A DNA stretch of 64,000 bases from Escherichia phage ECML-134: sequence record JX128259, one strand, 5' to 3'. The translations under genes were made by a program, and so were the position numbers. The notes beneath the pieces were generated by a model. It did not search any database. It was not told where the DNA came from and was given only the letters and a program-made list of their open reading frames with translations. Below, one piece after another: positions 31,895 through 44,496 of the stretch (position 1 is the stretch's first letter; each line of letters opens with the position of its first letter).

Positions 31895-32073
31895 TGCCTG
31901 CGCAAGCCCTCAAGGGGGTACTTAGGTTTTGAATATTTACCGACAGGATAACCATAAACCTCGTCATCATACCACCAAGACTTACACAGATAACACTTTT
32001 CTGACGCATGATAGTAACATTCAAGAGGTACACCGTAAAACTGCCGGGGTCTTAAAACTATAATGATTCGCAA
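31885..32073 (-). CDS. Small Cys-rich protein (30.9 region)
   Basis: 62 aa ORF with several Cys and Tyr. Confidence 0.5.
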   Translation of the reverse strand: MRIIIVLRPRQFYGVPLECYYHASEKCYLCKSWWYDDEVYGYPVGKYSKPKYPLEGLRRQCQ

Positions 32074-32140
32074 ATCATTAATCAGACAGTTCGACGGCTC
32101 CTCGATTTAGCTCACACTAAGGCAGTGAATCTCCAATAAA

Positions 32141-32389
32141 TTACTTCAATGTTACCACAAAGTGACGAACTGCTTTTCGTGCAGCAGAAGCCAGAGGCTT
32201 AGCATATTTAAGTTCATCTTTTTCCTGAAGCTCAGCAGCTAATGCAGTTTGAGCAGGATTCAGATGTTTGAAATAACGCAGGATTTCAAGAGCTTCGGCT
32301 TCAACATCAATAGATGCGCCATAGTTTTCGTGACCATTATTCCATGCGTTTCGTTGCAGTTCAAGAGCGTGTTGTAATTGTTTAATCAT
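32141..32389 (-). CDS. rIII: rIII lysis-inhibition accessory protein
   Basis: 82 aa, T4 length and position upstream of gene 31. Confidence 0.85.
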   Translation of the reverse strand: MIKQLQHALELQRNAWNNGHENYGASIDVEAEALEILRYFKHLNPAQTALAAELQEKDELKYAKPLASAARKAVRHFVVTLK

Positions 32390-32536
32390 TTAAAAATTCT
32401 CGTTAGAGATTAAAACTCGGTAGTCACGTTCTTCTGAATTTCATCTTCTTTCGACAGATCTCTCAGTTGTAGACTACCACGTAGAATTGTTCGGTTAACA
32501 TATTATTCCGACACCCAATTCATATTATTATTTATA

Positions 32537-32872
32537 TCACTTATAAAGACATGGAATAGCTTTATAGTGGCAAGTGACGAATTTTTGTTTAATTTCTTTT
32601 GGCTGCTTAAGACCCAGAGCTACAAAAGGATGCGGAACGTTTCGAATTTGACCAACTGGAAGAGAAGTCAAATCACCAACTTCGCAGAAACCTTCAGGAA
32701 CATCAGGACCAACAGAGTGAACTACACACAGTTCAGGAACTTCACCTTGAACACGTTTACCGATAATAAGTCCTGATTCTGTAACTTCTTCATCACCGGC
32801 TTGTGCAGGTTCAGAAACTAAAATAACATATTCACCGACAGCACGAATTGGTAGCTGTTGTACTTCAGACAT
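32537..32872 (-). CDS. 31: gp31 co-chaperonin (GroES analogue)
   Basis: 111 aa, matches T4 gp31 length and position. Confidence 0.92.
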
Positions 32873-32928
32873 CGTTTTTCCTTTTTGTTAACAGATGAAT
32901 TAATAATAACAAATAATTCTTAAAGCAT

Positions 32929-33237
32929 TTATTTACCAATAAATTGGAGTAAATGCTCAACTTTCATACCATTAACGGAAATCAATTTGTCAATAGAAAA
33001 ACCTCGCCATGCACCAAGCTCGACATCAAACACTGGAATCATGTCAGTAGATTCTTTCCGAGTAGATTCAGTCAATTTACCAGTTTGCATGGTTGGCATA
33101 AAGTCTGCATCACGAGTACCTTTCATAGTACGAATAGTACCATCAGACTTTTCAAAAACTACGTTTGAAACACCCATGGACAATTTAGTTTTCAAAATTT
33201 CGCGAATTGCTACTTTCTGCTCAGTTGTCAGTTTCAT
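32929..33237 (-). CDS. Small protein (31.1 position)
   Basis: 102 aa ORF. Confidence 0.7.
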   Translation of the reverse strand: MKLTTEQKVAIREILKTKLSMGVSNVVFEKSDGTIRTMKGTRDADFMPTMQTGKLTESTRKESTDMIPVFDVELGAWRGFSIDKLISVNGMKVEHLLQFIGK

Positions 33238-33474
33238 TTATTTACCTATCACAGTTTTAATATGAGTTGTTCCACGTTCTTTAAGGGTGGAAAGTAATTT
33301 TTGGCATTTTTCTAAATCAGATTTCCAACTATATGGTCTATCAATACTAGTCCAATCAGTTTTATAATACTGTTTCCATTTAGAGAAAAAATATTTCTTA
33401 TACTCTACAGCAAATGAGATGTTCTCGTTAGAATAAGAACTAATTGCTGTGAGCTTTACCAAACGAAATTTCAT
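33238..33474 (-). CDS. Small protein (31.2 position)
   Basis: 78 aa ORF. Confidence 0.65.
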   Translation of the reverse strand: MKFRLVKLTAISSYSNENISFAVEYKKYFFSKWKQYYKTDWTSIDRPYSWKSDLEKCQKLLSTLKERGTTHIKTVIGK

Positions 33475-34055
33475 TATTCACCACAGAATTCGTTGATATT
33501 TTCCCAGTTTAACTTATTCAAGTTTTTCTTAGGAACATTAAACACTTCAATACCTGCATTTCGCAGAATATCATCCCAGCCAGGTTTATTTTTATCGTAT
33601 GTTTCACAATAAACCAGCTTTTTAATACCAGATTGAGCTATCGCTTTTGCACAATCTGGGCAAGGAGAAAGTGTTACATACATAGTAGCACCTTCAATAG
33701 AAGAACCATTTCGTGCAGCAAACAAAATTGCATTTAGTTCAGCATGAATTTCATTTTTAGACGACCATTCAGAGTGAGCGCTACGATGTTCTTTCGCCAA
33801 AACAAAACGATCAGTTGAACCAAATGATACGCATTCAGGCTTATGGCCTTGAATGATAGTGTGTTTAGGCTTATTCAACAACCAACCTTGCTCAGCAGCA
33901 TAATCACAACAGTTCACACCCCCTGCGGGTGAACCATTATACCCAGTAGAAATAATACGTCCATTCTTTTCAATTACTGCTCCTACCTTCCAGGAGCAAC
34001 ATTTTGATTCCTGTGATACTAAATATGCAATTTGAAGTACTGTACTCGCTTTCAT
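33474..34055 (-). CDS. cd: dCMP deaminase
   Basis: 193 aa; zinc-binding deaminase motifs HAELNAI and SPCPDCAKAI. Confidence 0.95.
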   Translation of the reverse strand: MKASTVLQIAYLVSQESKCCSWKVGAVIEKNGRIISTGYNGSPAGGVNCCDYAAEQGWLLNKPKHTIIQGHKPECVSFGSTDRFVLAKEHRSAHSEWSSKNEIHAELNAILFAARNGSSIEGATMYVTLSPCPDCAKAIAQSGIKKLVYCETYDKNKPGWDDILRNAGIEVFNVPKKNLNKLNWENINEFCGE

Positions 34056-34390
34056 TTCATAATCACCAGATAAGCAGATTTAGCAGTTTCAACACGATAA
34101 ATTTCGTGACGAAGTTTAGTTATACTTTTAATAACAGAACTAATTATATTCTGCCCATCTTTAAAGCGGTTTTTCTTATCAATAAAAATTGCGCCAACCA
34201 TCTTTTTGTGAAGCTCAACTGGATACTTCGTCACAATAATAGCATCATTCACAGAAGGATGAATACTATTCACCAGAGTATCATTCATTAAAGTTATTCT
34301 AATGAACTGTGCTGTTTCAGAATCAAGCGCTCTATGATCGCCAGTATCATTTTCAAGACAATTATCAATTATATCAGTTAAATTCATCAT
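34052..34390 (-). CDS. Small protein (cd.1 position)
   Basis: 112 aa ORF overlapping the cd start. Confidence 0.65.
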   Translation of the reverse strand: MMNLTDIIDNCLENDTGDHRALDSETAQFIRITLMNDTLVNSIHPSVNDAIIVTKYPVELHKKMVGAIFIDKKNRFKDGQNIISSVIKSITKLRHEIYRVETAKSAYLVIMK

Positions 34391-34626
34391 AGTACGCCAT
34401 ACACCCTTTGTGCTTCAACTAATCCATCAAAATCCAGTTTAAGATGCGATATTTGATCGCCATCACCTGGATTCACAATTACTAATACTGAACGAGGAGT
34501 TTCGGTAATAACACGAACCGATGTTTCAGGAAATCGTTCAGAAACCTTATTTACTAATTCCTGTGCAAATAGTTTAACTTTTTCTTGGAATTCTTTAACA
34601 GTAATTGGTTTTTCACTTAGCAGCAT
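34387..34626 (-). CDS. Small protein (cd.2 position)
   Basis: 79 aa ORF. Confidence 0.65.
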   Translation of the reverse strand: MLLSEKPITVKEFQEKVKLFAQELVNKVSERFPETSVRVITETPRSVLVIVNPGDGDQISHLKLDFDGLVEAQRVYGVL

Positions 34627-35147
34627 GTTGATCCCAGCTCCTTACTTTCAACGTTTTTAACTAATTTGACAGAAACTAATTCAGCATCTTGAGTAATCAT
34701 TACCGGACCTTCTTCATACTCTTCAAGATATTCTAGTGCTTTCTTTTTAGCTTCTTCCTTCGTATCAGTTTGAGCATAGATATAAAACATACAACCAGTA
34801 ATACCTACTACTTTCCACTTAATTTCTTTATCAGTTTTAATTTCAAATTTACTGACAGAATCATCTTTTTGAACTTCTTCGAAAAAAGAATATTCTAACA
34901 TATAAGCAATTGAAAATAGCGGGCTAACTTTATAGGATTCTCCCATTACATCAACAGCTTTATACCAGCAGTCATCAATTTCGCGTTTAATGCTAATAAC
35001 ATTTTTCGCAGGATCTATTTTTACTTTAAATGAATTTTCCCCAATAAACTGGGCAATTCGTTTATTAGCCCCGCAAGTTTCATTAAAAATATCTTTATAC
35101 CCAGTTTTAAAGCGATAAACCTTATCTTCTTCAAACCATTCGCTCAT
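34617..35147 (-). CDS. Protein at cd.3 position
   Basis: 176 aa ORF. Confidence 0.7.
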   Translation of the reverse strand: MSEWFEEDKVYRFKTGYKDIFNETCGANKRIAQFIGENSFKVKIDPAKNVISIKREIDDCWYKAVDVMGESYKVSPLFSIAYMLEYSFFEEVQKDDSVSKFEIKTDKEIKWKVVGITGCMFYIYAQTDTKEEAKKKALEYLEEYEEGPVMITQDAELVSVKLVKNVESKELGSTCC

Positions 35148-35210
35148 TTCAATTTCCTCATTTGTTTTTGGTAGAGCTATAATATCACAACTCTACCGTA
35201 AAGTAAACCA

Positions 35211-35516
35211 TTAAATCGCTTTGAATTCCGCAGTTTGAGATTCAAAGCGAATGTCGCCTTTGATAACTAGCTCAGCATCAAGACCGAATACAACAATGAT
35301 ATGCGCGGAACCTGGATACAACGTAATGGCAATAGAATCCACCTGGTCTGGAAGCAAAGTGTTCAATACATGAGTCACTTGAGCATGGATTCGAAGCTCA
35401 GCTGCGTTATCAAGTTTTTCAAACATATTATTAGCGATAATTTGGCTAAACACTACTTCTACGATTTTAGAGTAAGTCGGAAACATATTTACCTCACATA
35501 ATTTTCTTCGAGCCAA
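35211..35516 (-). CDS. Small protein (cd.4 position)
   Basis: 101 aa ORF. Confidence 0.65.
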   Translation of the reverse strand: MARRKLCEVNMFPTYSKIVEVVFSQIIANNMFEKLDNAAELRIHAQVTHVLNTLLPDQVDSIAITLYPGSAHIIVVFGLDAELVIKGDIRFESQTAEFKAI

Positions 35517-35681
35517 TCAATAACATCCAAAGCGTTATCAAAAGTTTCGCCATCTACTTTGTCTTCTGTTTCATAATCAAGAACATCTAGGCCTACTCTT
35601 CCGTCAACAATAGGCCATAGACAAAATAGATATTTCTTTTCTTTTTCAATTTTATCACAAAGACGATAAATCTTTTCTAGG

Positions 35682-35689
<8 letters not shown>
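35489..35689 (-). CDS. Small acidic protein (cd.5 position)
   Basis: 66 aa ORF. Confidence 0.6.
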
Positions 35690-37082
<1,393 letters not shown>

Positions 37083-37086
<4 letters not shown>

Positions 37087-37313
37087 TTATTTTTCTCAAC
37101 CAACGATTGAATATAATCATGCAGGTCTTTAGATGCTTTACCCCACTTATTTTGATATTCATTTTTAAGATTAGCTCGAGATTGAGCTAATAAAACATCA
37201 TTAGTTGGAGGTAAAGATTCTAACCGCTGAATCTGGCGTCCATAAATCATTGCAGCCATCTCGGATTCATAAATCAATCCTTTGAGATGCTCAAATTGAT
37301 GCCATGAAATCAT
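37083..37313 (-). CDS. Small protein between pseT and the spanin pair
   Basis: 76 aa ORF. Confidence 0.6.
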
Positions 37314-37609
37314 TTACATTTATCCTCTTTTAACTCTTGACGATAATAACATATCATAGTTTTCTGGTCGTGTACATATCGTTTTACATCATTAAGCCAA
37401 ATACGAAATTCCTGAGAATCTTCAAATGGCATACCGACCCAAGCTTTACCATCGATAACTTTAACTTGCCAAGATAGTTTAGCTTCATCATATGACTTTA
37501 TCTGCACAGGCCAATTAGGATGAACTGTTTCTTTCTTTACTTCTAGAGGCTTTGTCGAACAACCAACTAGAAGACCAATAGATAATATTACTGCTGATAG
37601 TTTAATCAT
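37310..37609 (-). CDS. Outer-membrane spanin (o-spanin lipoprotein; T4 pseT.2 equivalent)
   Basis: 99 aa; signal peptide with lipobox LLVGC; C-terminal Cys residues. Confidence 0.8.
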   Translation of the reverse strand: MIKLSAVILSIGLLVGCSTKPLEVKKETVHPNWPVQIKSYDEAKLSWQVKVIDGKAWVGMPFEDSQEFRIWLNDVKRYVHDQKTMICYYRQELKEDKCK

Positions 37610-37959
37610 TTAGAAAGGTCCTGGATGTCTTCTGCGAACTTGTTGAAGGAGTTGTTGATTTGTTTTTCAACCAATCCTGGCTTATGAGCCACCACATCCG
37701 CCTTCTTTGCGTCTTTGCGCAGCTTTTCATTTTCACGCTCAATAGCAGCAATTGCCTCACGATTTTTATTATTCATCGCATCAATATAATTATACTGAAT
37801 TCGCAAATTATTTAATGCTAAAGCGTTTTCATTGGCTGTTTTTGTAATTTCAGTAACTGATGTTTCTAATCTTTCTACCTTATTTTTTAAAATAATAGAT
37901 GTTCCGCCCAATGCTATTACAATTAATAGCAAACCTGCTGTCGTATTACTTAATTGCAT
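37606..37959 (-). CDS. Inner-membrane spanin (i-spanin; T4 pseT.3 equivalent)
   Basis: 117 aa; N-terminal transmembrane segment (AGLLLIVIALGGTSIIL) then a predicted coiled coil. Confidence 0.8.
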   Translation of the reverse strand: MQLSNTTAGLLLIVIALGGTSIILKNKVERLETSVTEITKTANENALALNNLRIQYNYIDAMNNKNREAIAAIERENEKLRKDAKKADVVAHKPGLVEKQINNSFNKFAEDIQDLSK

Positions 37960-38456
37960 AAAGTTTTAATAACCTCTATAATATCGTCTTGAGAAAGACC
38001 GTTAATTAAAATATGATGTTCAGCCGGAGATTTAGAAATTTTAAAGCATGCCTCAACATCTTCTGCCATATCCGATGCGCTACGATTTGGATTACTAATT
38101 CCAAGACGATGTTTTCCCGTCAAAGGATTAACGATGATGTAGCATTTGCAGCTATTGATATGAACATTGGGTTGAGTCTGATTAATGAACACTTCACAAT
38201 CATACTTAGCGAGTTGATTTTCTAAAAAGATTTTCATCTCTTCAACCGCATCAGGAAGCATATCACGGGCTTGCTCAAGACGACGATTTCGATATTCTTT
38301 AATGGTCGTTTTCCGCTTGACTTGCTTAGCTAAATCTTTCTTAAGATCGGTGATATATCCAACTCGACGATTTCCTTTAAATACAGAAATCCCATCCGTA
38401 GTATCACCGTATGCTTCAACGACCATTTCAGTAGTAATAAGCTGCAAATCCATCAT
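37950..38456 (-). CDS. alc: Alc, inhibitor of host transcription elongation
   Basis: 168 aa ORF at the T4 alc position with an early promoter upstream. Confidence 0.85.
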   Translation of the reverse strand: MMDLQLITTEMVVEAYGDTTDGISVFKGNRRVGYITDLKKDLAKQVKRKTTIKEYRNRRLEQARDMLPDAVEEMKIFLENQLAKYDCEVFINQTQPNVHINSCKCYIIVNPLTGKHRLGISNPNRSASDMAEDVEACFKISKSPAEHHILINGLSQDDIIEVIKTLCN

Positions 38457-38484
38457 AAAGTCCTCATGTTATGTCAGTAAGACT

Positions 38485-38514
38485 ACTATAACACAACACG
38501 AGGGACTTGTAAAC
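38485..38514 (-). promoter_or_regulatory. T4-type early promoter (-35 GTTTAC, -10 TATAGT) upstream of alc
   Basis: Near-identical copy of the promoter/leader block at 24688-24743. Confidence 0.65.
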
Positions 38515-38517
38515 AGC

Positions 38518-40105
<1,588 letters not shown>

Positions 40106-40132
40106 AATAAAATGGGCCTTGCGGCCCACTCC

Positions 40133-41311
40133 TTAAAAGTATTTTTTAAAACTCATCATAACTTTATCATCAACATCATTATCAATCTGTGCTACAAGGT
40201 AAGATGACAGTTCTACTTCTTGCGGCGCGGATTGAACATTATCAGAATTAAGGTATTCACGAATCCAAGGATATGGATGTTTAACCGGAGCATCGGTAAT
40301 TGGGCATGGAAGACCACACTGTTTCATACGAGATACAGTTAAGTAATCAATAAAGCTCCACATGCTATTTGTATTTAATCCAGGAACATCGCCATCTTTA
40401 AATAAATGAACTGCCCAATCTTTTTCTTGGCGGTTAACTTCCATGAAAATATCAACTGCTTCTTGTTCACACTCTTGAGCAATTTTAACCCATTCATCGC
40501 CATCAGTGCCAAGTTGAAGTTGACGAATAATATATTGAGTGCCTTTAAGGTGAAGCTGCTCATCACGTGCAATAAACTTCATAATCTTGGCATTACCTTC
40601 CATGATTTCCATGTTCTTATGGAAGTTAAAGGTACATGCAAAAGATACATAAAAACGAATAGCTTCTAAGGCATTAATAACGTGTAAACAGAGGTAAAGA
40701 GACTTCATTAAAGCGCGTTTAGCTTCGGCTTCTTGCTTAATAGCTCGGTTTAAACGAAAGTCGGCATCAGGAGATTCTTTAGCTAGTTCTACAAATTCTT
40801 TAGCATTTTCCCATTCACGGGTTTTAATCAGAACATCATCATAATAGCGACCGATAGATTCAGCACGTTTCATGATAGCTTCATCTAATACAATCTCATC
40901 AAATACCTTTGACGGATCAGTATAAAGATTTCGCATGATATGAGTATATGAACGACTGTGAATAGTTTCACTAAAAGTCCATGTAGCAACCCATGTATCA
41001 AGGCTTGGGTCTGAAATTAATGACATAAGTACAGCAGACGGCGCACGGCCCTGAATGCTATCCAAAAGTGATTGATACTTCAGGTTGTTAGTAAAAATAT
41101 TTTGCTGATACTGAGGAAGCTTATTAAACTGTGCAGCATCCATCATTAAGTTTACTTCTTCCGGGCGCCAGAAAAATGACAATTGCTTTTCGGTCAAATC
41201 TTCAAAAACTTTATGGCGTTGAATATCATAACGCGCAATACCAAGACCTGAACCAAAAAACATAGGTTCTTTTAAAACATCAACTGGATTTGTGTTAAAA
41301 ATTGTGCTCAT
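40133..41311 (-). CDS. nrdB: Ribonucleotide reductase small subunit, uninterrupted (no intron)
   Basis: Continuous 392 aa ORF. Confidence 0.93.
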   Translation of the reverse strand: MSTIFNTNPVDVLKEPMFFGSGLGIARYDIQRHKVFEDLTEKQLSFFWRPEEVNLMMDAAQFNKLPQYQQNIFTNNLKYQSLLDSIQGRAPSAVLMSLISDPSLDTWVATWTFSETIHSRSYTHIMRNLYTDPSKVFDEIVLDEAIMKRAESIGRYYDDVLIKTREWENAKEFVELAKESPDADFRLNRAIKQEAEAKRALMKSLYLCLHVINALEAIRFYVSFACTFNFHKNMEIMEGNAKIMKFIARDEQLHLKGTQYIIRQLQLGTDGDEWVKIAQECEQEAVDIFMEVNRQEKDWAVHLFKDGDVPGLNTNSMWSFIDYLTVSRMKQCGLPCPITDAPVKHPYPWIREYLNSDNVQSAPQEVELSSYLVAQIDNDVDDKVMMSFKKYF

Positions 41312-41362
41312 AAATTTTCCGCTTAGTTAATAGTTGGTGACTCGTCCGTGAGTCAAATTATA

Positions 41363-43627
41363 TCATAATTTACAGGATGAACAATCTTCAGCTTTTGGAG
41401 TTTCTATTTCATAATCATCAGTACCAGAACCATCACGGGTATTATGATAATAGAAATTTTTTCCGCCAAAATACCAGAAATACAAAAGGTCATCAATCAT
41501 TATTGACATTGGAACCTTTCCTTTTGGAAAAATCTGCGGGTCATAGTATGTATTCGCTGAAGCTGATTGACATACCCATTTCAGCATAATAGCTACTTGC
41601 GTAAGATAAGGTTTATTACCTTTCTTAGCTAATTTCCATGTATAATCATATAGGTCTATGTTATGCTCAATATTGGGCACGACTTGATTAAAGGAGCCCT
41701 CTTTTGATTCTTTAACAGAGACTGGTCCACGTGGAGGCTCGATACCGTTTGTACTGTTAGAAACTTGGGAAGATGACTCACATGGCATAAGTGCTGATAA
41801 TGTGCTATTACGGATGCCAAAGAGCTTAAGGTCTTCCCGCAGCGACGACCAGTCACAAACGTATTTTGGAGCTGCGATTTGGTCAATCTTTTTATTGTAC
41901 CAGTCGATAGGTAATTCGCCTCGAGACCAACGAGTGTCTGAATAATATTCGCAAGGTCCTTTTTCTTTGGCGAGATTAATGGATGCTTTAATGAGTCCAT
42001 ACTGTAATCTCTCAAATAGTTCATGTGTTAAATCGTTAGCATCTTCATAAGAAGCAAAGTTACTTGCCAGCCAAGCTGCATAGTTGGTAACACCTACACC
42101 AAGGTTACGACGCTTTTTAGCTTTTTCTGCTTCAGGAACTGGATATCCTTGGTAATCCAAAAGATTATCAAGAGCACGAACTTGAACTTCTGCCAATTCA
42201 TTAATTTTATCTTGGTCTTGCCAATCAAAATTATCTAGTACGAATGCAGAGAGAGTACACAATCCAATTTCAGCATCAGGACTATTCACATCATTTGTTG
42301 GAATAGCAATTTCACAGCACAAGTTACTCTGACGAATAGGTGCCTTTTCACGAATAAACGGAGTATAGTTATTCGTATTATCAATGAACTGTACATAAAT
42401 CCTTGCTGTTCCTGAACGTTCAGTCATGAGCAATTCAAATAGTTCACGGGCTTTAATACGCTTTTTACGAATATTAGGATCTTTTTCTGCTGCTTCGTAT
42501 AATTCACGGAAACGGTCTTGGTCTTTAAAATAAGAATAATAAAGCTCGCCACCCATTTCATGCGGACTGAACAAAGTAATGTAATCGTTCTTTCCAAAAC
42601 GTTCCATCATCAAATCATTCAGCTGAACACCATAATCCATATGACGAATGCGGTTTTCTTCTACGCCTTTGTTATTTTTCAAAACGAGAAGATTTTCAAC
42701 TTCCAAATGCCAAATAGGATAATAAGCAGTAGCAGCGCCGCCACGAATTCCACCCTGTGAACATGATTTAACTGCAGTCTGAAAATGTTTCCAAAAAGGA
42801 ATAACACCAGTATGACGTACTTCACCCATGCCAATCTTAGAACCTTCAGCACGAATCATACCAACGTTAATACCAATTCCAGCGCGTTTAGAGATATATT
42901 CAACAATTGAAGCGGAAGCCTTATTGATAGACTTCAGCGAATCACCTGCCTCAATAACAACGCATGAACTGAACTGTCGAGTCGGAGTACGACAACCAGC
43001 CATAATAGGAGTTGGCAATGAAATCTGTCGAGTAGATACTGCTTCATAAAAACGAATAACATGTTTTAATCTATCAACAGGTTCATCTTGATGCAATGCC
43101 ATTCCAATAGTCATAAATGCAAACTGTGGAGTTTCATAAATTTGACCAGTGGTTTTATCTTTAACTAAATATTTTTCTTTTAATTGCATCGCCCCGGAAT
43201 AAGTAAATTCCATATCCCGTTCGTGCTTAATTTTTGATTCTAAAAATGTAATTTCTTCTGCTGAATATTTTGACAACAATTCAGGGTCATATTTACCTGC
43301 ATTTACACAATAAGAAATATGGTCAATAAATGAACGTGGTTCATACTGCCCATAAACATGCTTACGAAGAGCGAACATTAAACAGCGTGCAGCTACATAT
43401 TGATAATCAGGCTCTTCAACCGAAATAGAATTCGCAGCGGCCTTAATGACAATAGTCTGAATATCATCAGTTGTCATTCCATCACGGAGATATGATTTAA
43501 TATTTTCATATAATTCATAAGGATCTACTGATGTTCCCTCAGCTGCCCAAGATAAAACTTTAATAATTTTTTGCGGGTCAAAGCTCTGAGAAACACCACT
43601 ACTTTTGATAACATTAATTAATTGCAT
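41363..43627 (-). CDS. nrdA: Ribonucleotide reductase large subunit
   Basis: 754 aa, matches T4 NrdA length; only ~50 nt separate it from nrdB. Confidence 0.96.
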   Translation of the reverse strand: MQLINVIKSSGVSQSFDPQKIIKVLSWAAEGTSVDPYELYENIKSYLRDGMTTDDIQTIVIKAAANSISVEEPDYQYVAARCLMFALRKHVYGQYEPRSFIDHISYCVNAGKYDPELLSKYSAEEITFLESKIKHERDMEFTYSGAMQLKEKYLVKDKTTGQIYETPQFAFMTIGMALHQDEPVDRLKHVIRFYEAVSTRQISLPTPIMAGCRTPTRQFSSCVVIEAGDSLKSINKASASIVEYISKRAGIGINVGMIRAEGSKIGMGEVRHTGVIPFWKHFQTAVKSCSQGGIRGGAATAYYPIWHLEVENLLVLKNNKGVEENRIRHMDYGVQLNDLMMERFGKNDYITLFSPHEMGGELYYSYFKDQDRFRELYEAAEKDPNIRKKRIKARELFELLMTERSGTARIYVQFIDNTNNYTPFIREKAPIRQSNLCCEIAIPTNDVNSPDAEIGLCTLSAFVLDNFDWQDQDKINELAEVQVRALDNLLDYQGYPVPEAEKAKKRRNLGVGVTNYAAWLASNFASYEDANDLTHELFERLQYGLIKASINLAKEKGPCEYYSDTRWSRGELPIDWYNKKIDQIAAPKYVCDWSSLREDLKLFGIRNSTLSALMPCESSSQVSNSTNGIEPPRGPVSVKESKEGSFNQVVPNIEHNIDLYDYTWKLAKKGNKPYLTQVAIMLKWVCQSASANTYYDPQIFPKGKVPMSIMIDDLLYFWYFGGKNFYYHNTRDGSGTDDYEIETPKAEDCSSCKL

Positions 43628-43944
43628 AAGTCCTCAACTTGAAAATCGTCTTTAAACAGTCGGTTAACTATATGAGCTATTATATCACCATGACACGGAT
43701 TTGGTTTACATGTGCATCCTAGCCTCATTCCACGTAAAGGCTCTAAATGTGCTTTAGTTATTTCTCCGGATTTAATTCGACGTATAAAATCTTTTTTGAA
43801 TAATTCAATGGCAGCCGGGAGGCTGCCAGCATCTTTACCGACGTAATTTCCCCAAAATGTACCACGGTGAATATTAACATCAAAGTCGGATTTATATTTA
43901 TTCACTACCTGGCATAGACGGCCCGCGCGGTGATAATTCGTCAT
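43618..43944 (-). CDS. Small protein (nrdA.1 position), possibly DUF4326-like
   Basis: 108 aa; C-terminal motif [15 protein letters not shown]. Confidence 0.6.
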   Translation of the reverse strand: MTNYHRAGRLCQVVNKYKSDFDVNIHRGTFWGNYVGKDAGSLPAAIELFKKDFIRRIKSGEITKAHLEPLRGMRLGCTCKPNPCHGDIIAHIVNRLFKDDFQVEDLCN

Positions 43945-44173
43945 ATTGTTTTTCCGTTAAAACAGTAATATCATAGTAACAATCAGAAGAAGTTTTAACT
44001 GTAGAAATTTTATTATCAAAATACTCACGAGTCATTTTATGAGTATAATATTTTTTGCCATAAATGATAATAGGCTGATTTGGTCCTGGAACTTCTAGCT
44101 CACTTGGATTAGGAAGTGTAAAAAGAACTACACCAGAAGTATCTTTAAATCGTAAAATCATATATCCTCGCAA
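43898..44173 (-). CDS. Small protein (nrdA.2 position)
   Basis: 91 aa ORF. Confidence 0.6.
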   Translation of the reverse strand: MRGYMILRFKDTSGVVLFTLPNPSELEVPGPNQPIIIYGKKYYTHKMTREYFDNKISTVKTSSDCYYDITVLTEKQYDELSPRGPSMPGSE

Positions 44174-44184
44174 TTAAATTGAAA

Positions 44185-44496
44185 TTACACCGCCATCTTT
44201 CCTTTAATTGGCGGGTGAGATACATAGTTGTTAAGAACAAAATTATGCGGCTTTGCGAATTGACTCAACCAAAATACCTGCGATTCTGTGTTCCATTCAT
44301 CAAATTCATCTGGAAATTTTAATTGTAATTCGCATAAATCCATAGGTTCACGACGCAAAATTTCTTTACATTGTTCTACGTGATTCATATAGATATGAGT
44401 ATTACCGCCAGAAAATATCAAATCTCCAGGAATAAGATTACACATCTTAGCTACAATATGAACTAACGCAGCATATGATGCAATATTAAACGGTAG
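44185..44496 (-). CDS. td: Thymidylate synthase exon 2 (103 codons)
   Basis: Exon begins CTACCGTTTAATATTG immediately after the intron 3' end ...AACATAATG. Confidence 0.93.
   Translation of the reverse strand, partial: LPFNIASYAALVHIVAKMCNLIPGDLIFSGGNTHIYMNHVEQCKEILRREPMDLCELQLKFPDEFDEWNTESQVFWLSQFAKPHNFVLNNYVSHPPIKGKMAV

Noticed and set aside
40133-41311. Searched for a group I intron in nrdB
   Set aside because: nrdB is one uninterrupted 392-codon frame with no room for an intron; this is recorded as a difference from T4 rather than a feature.
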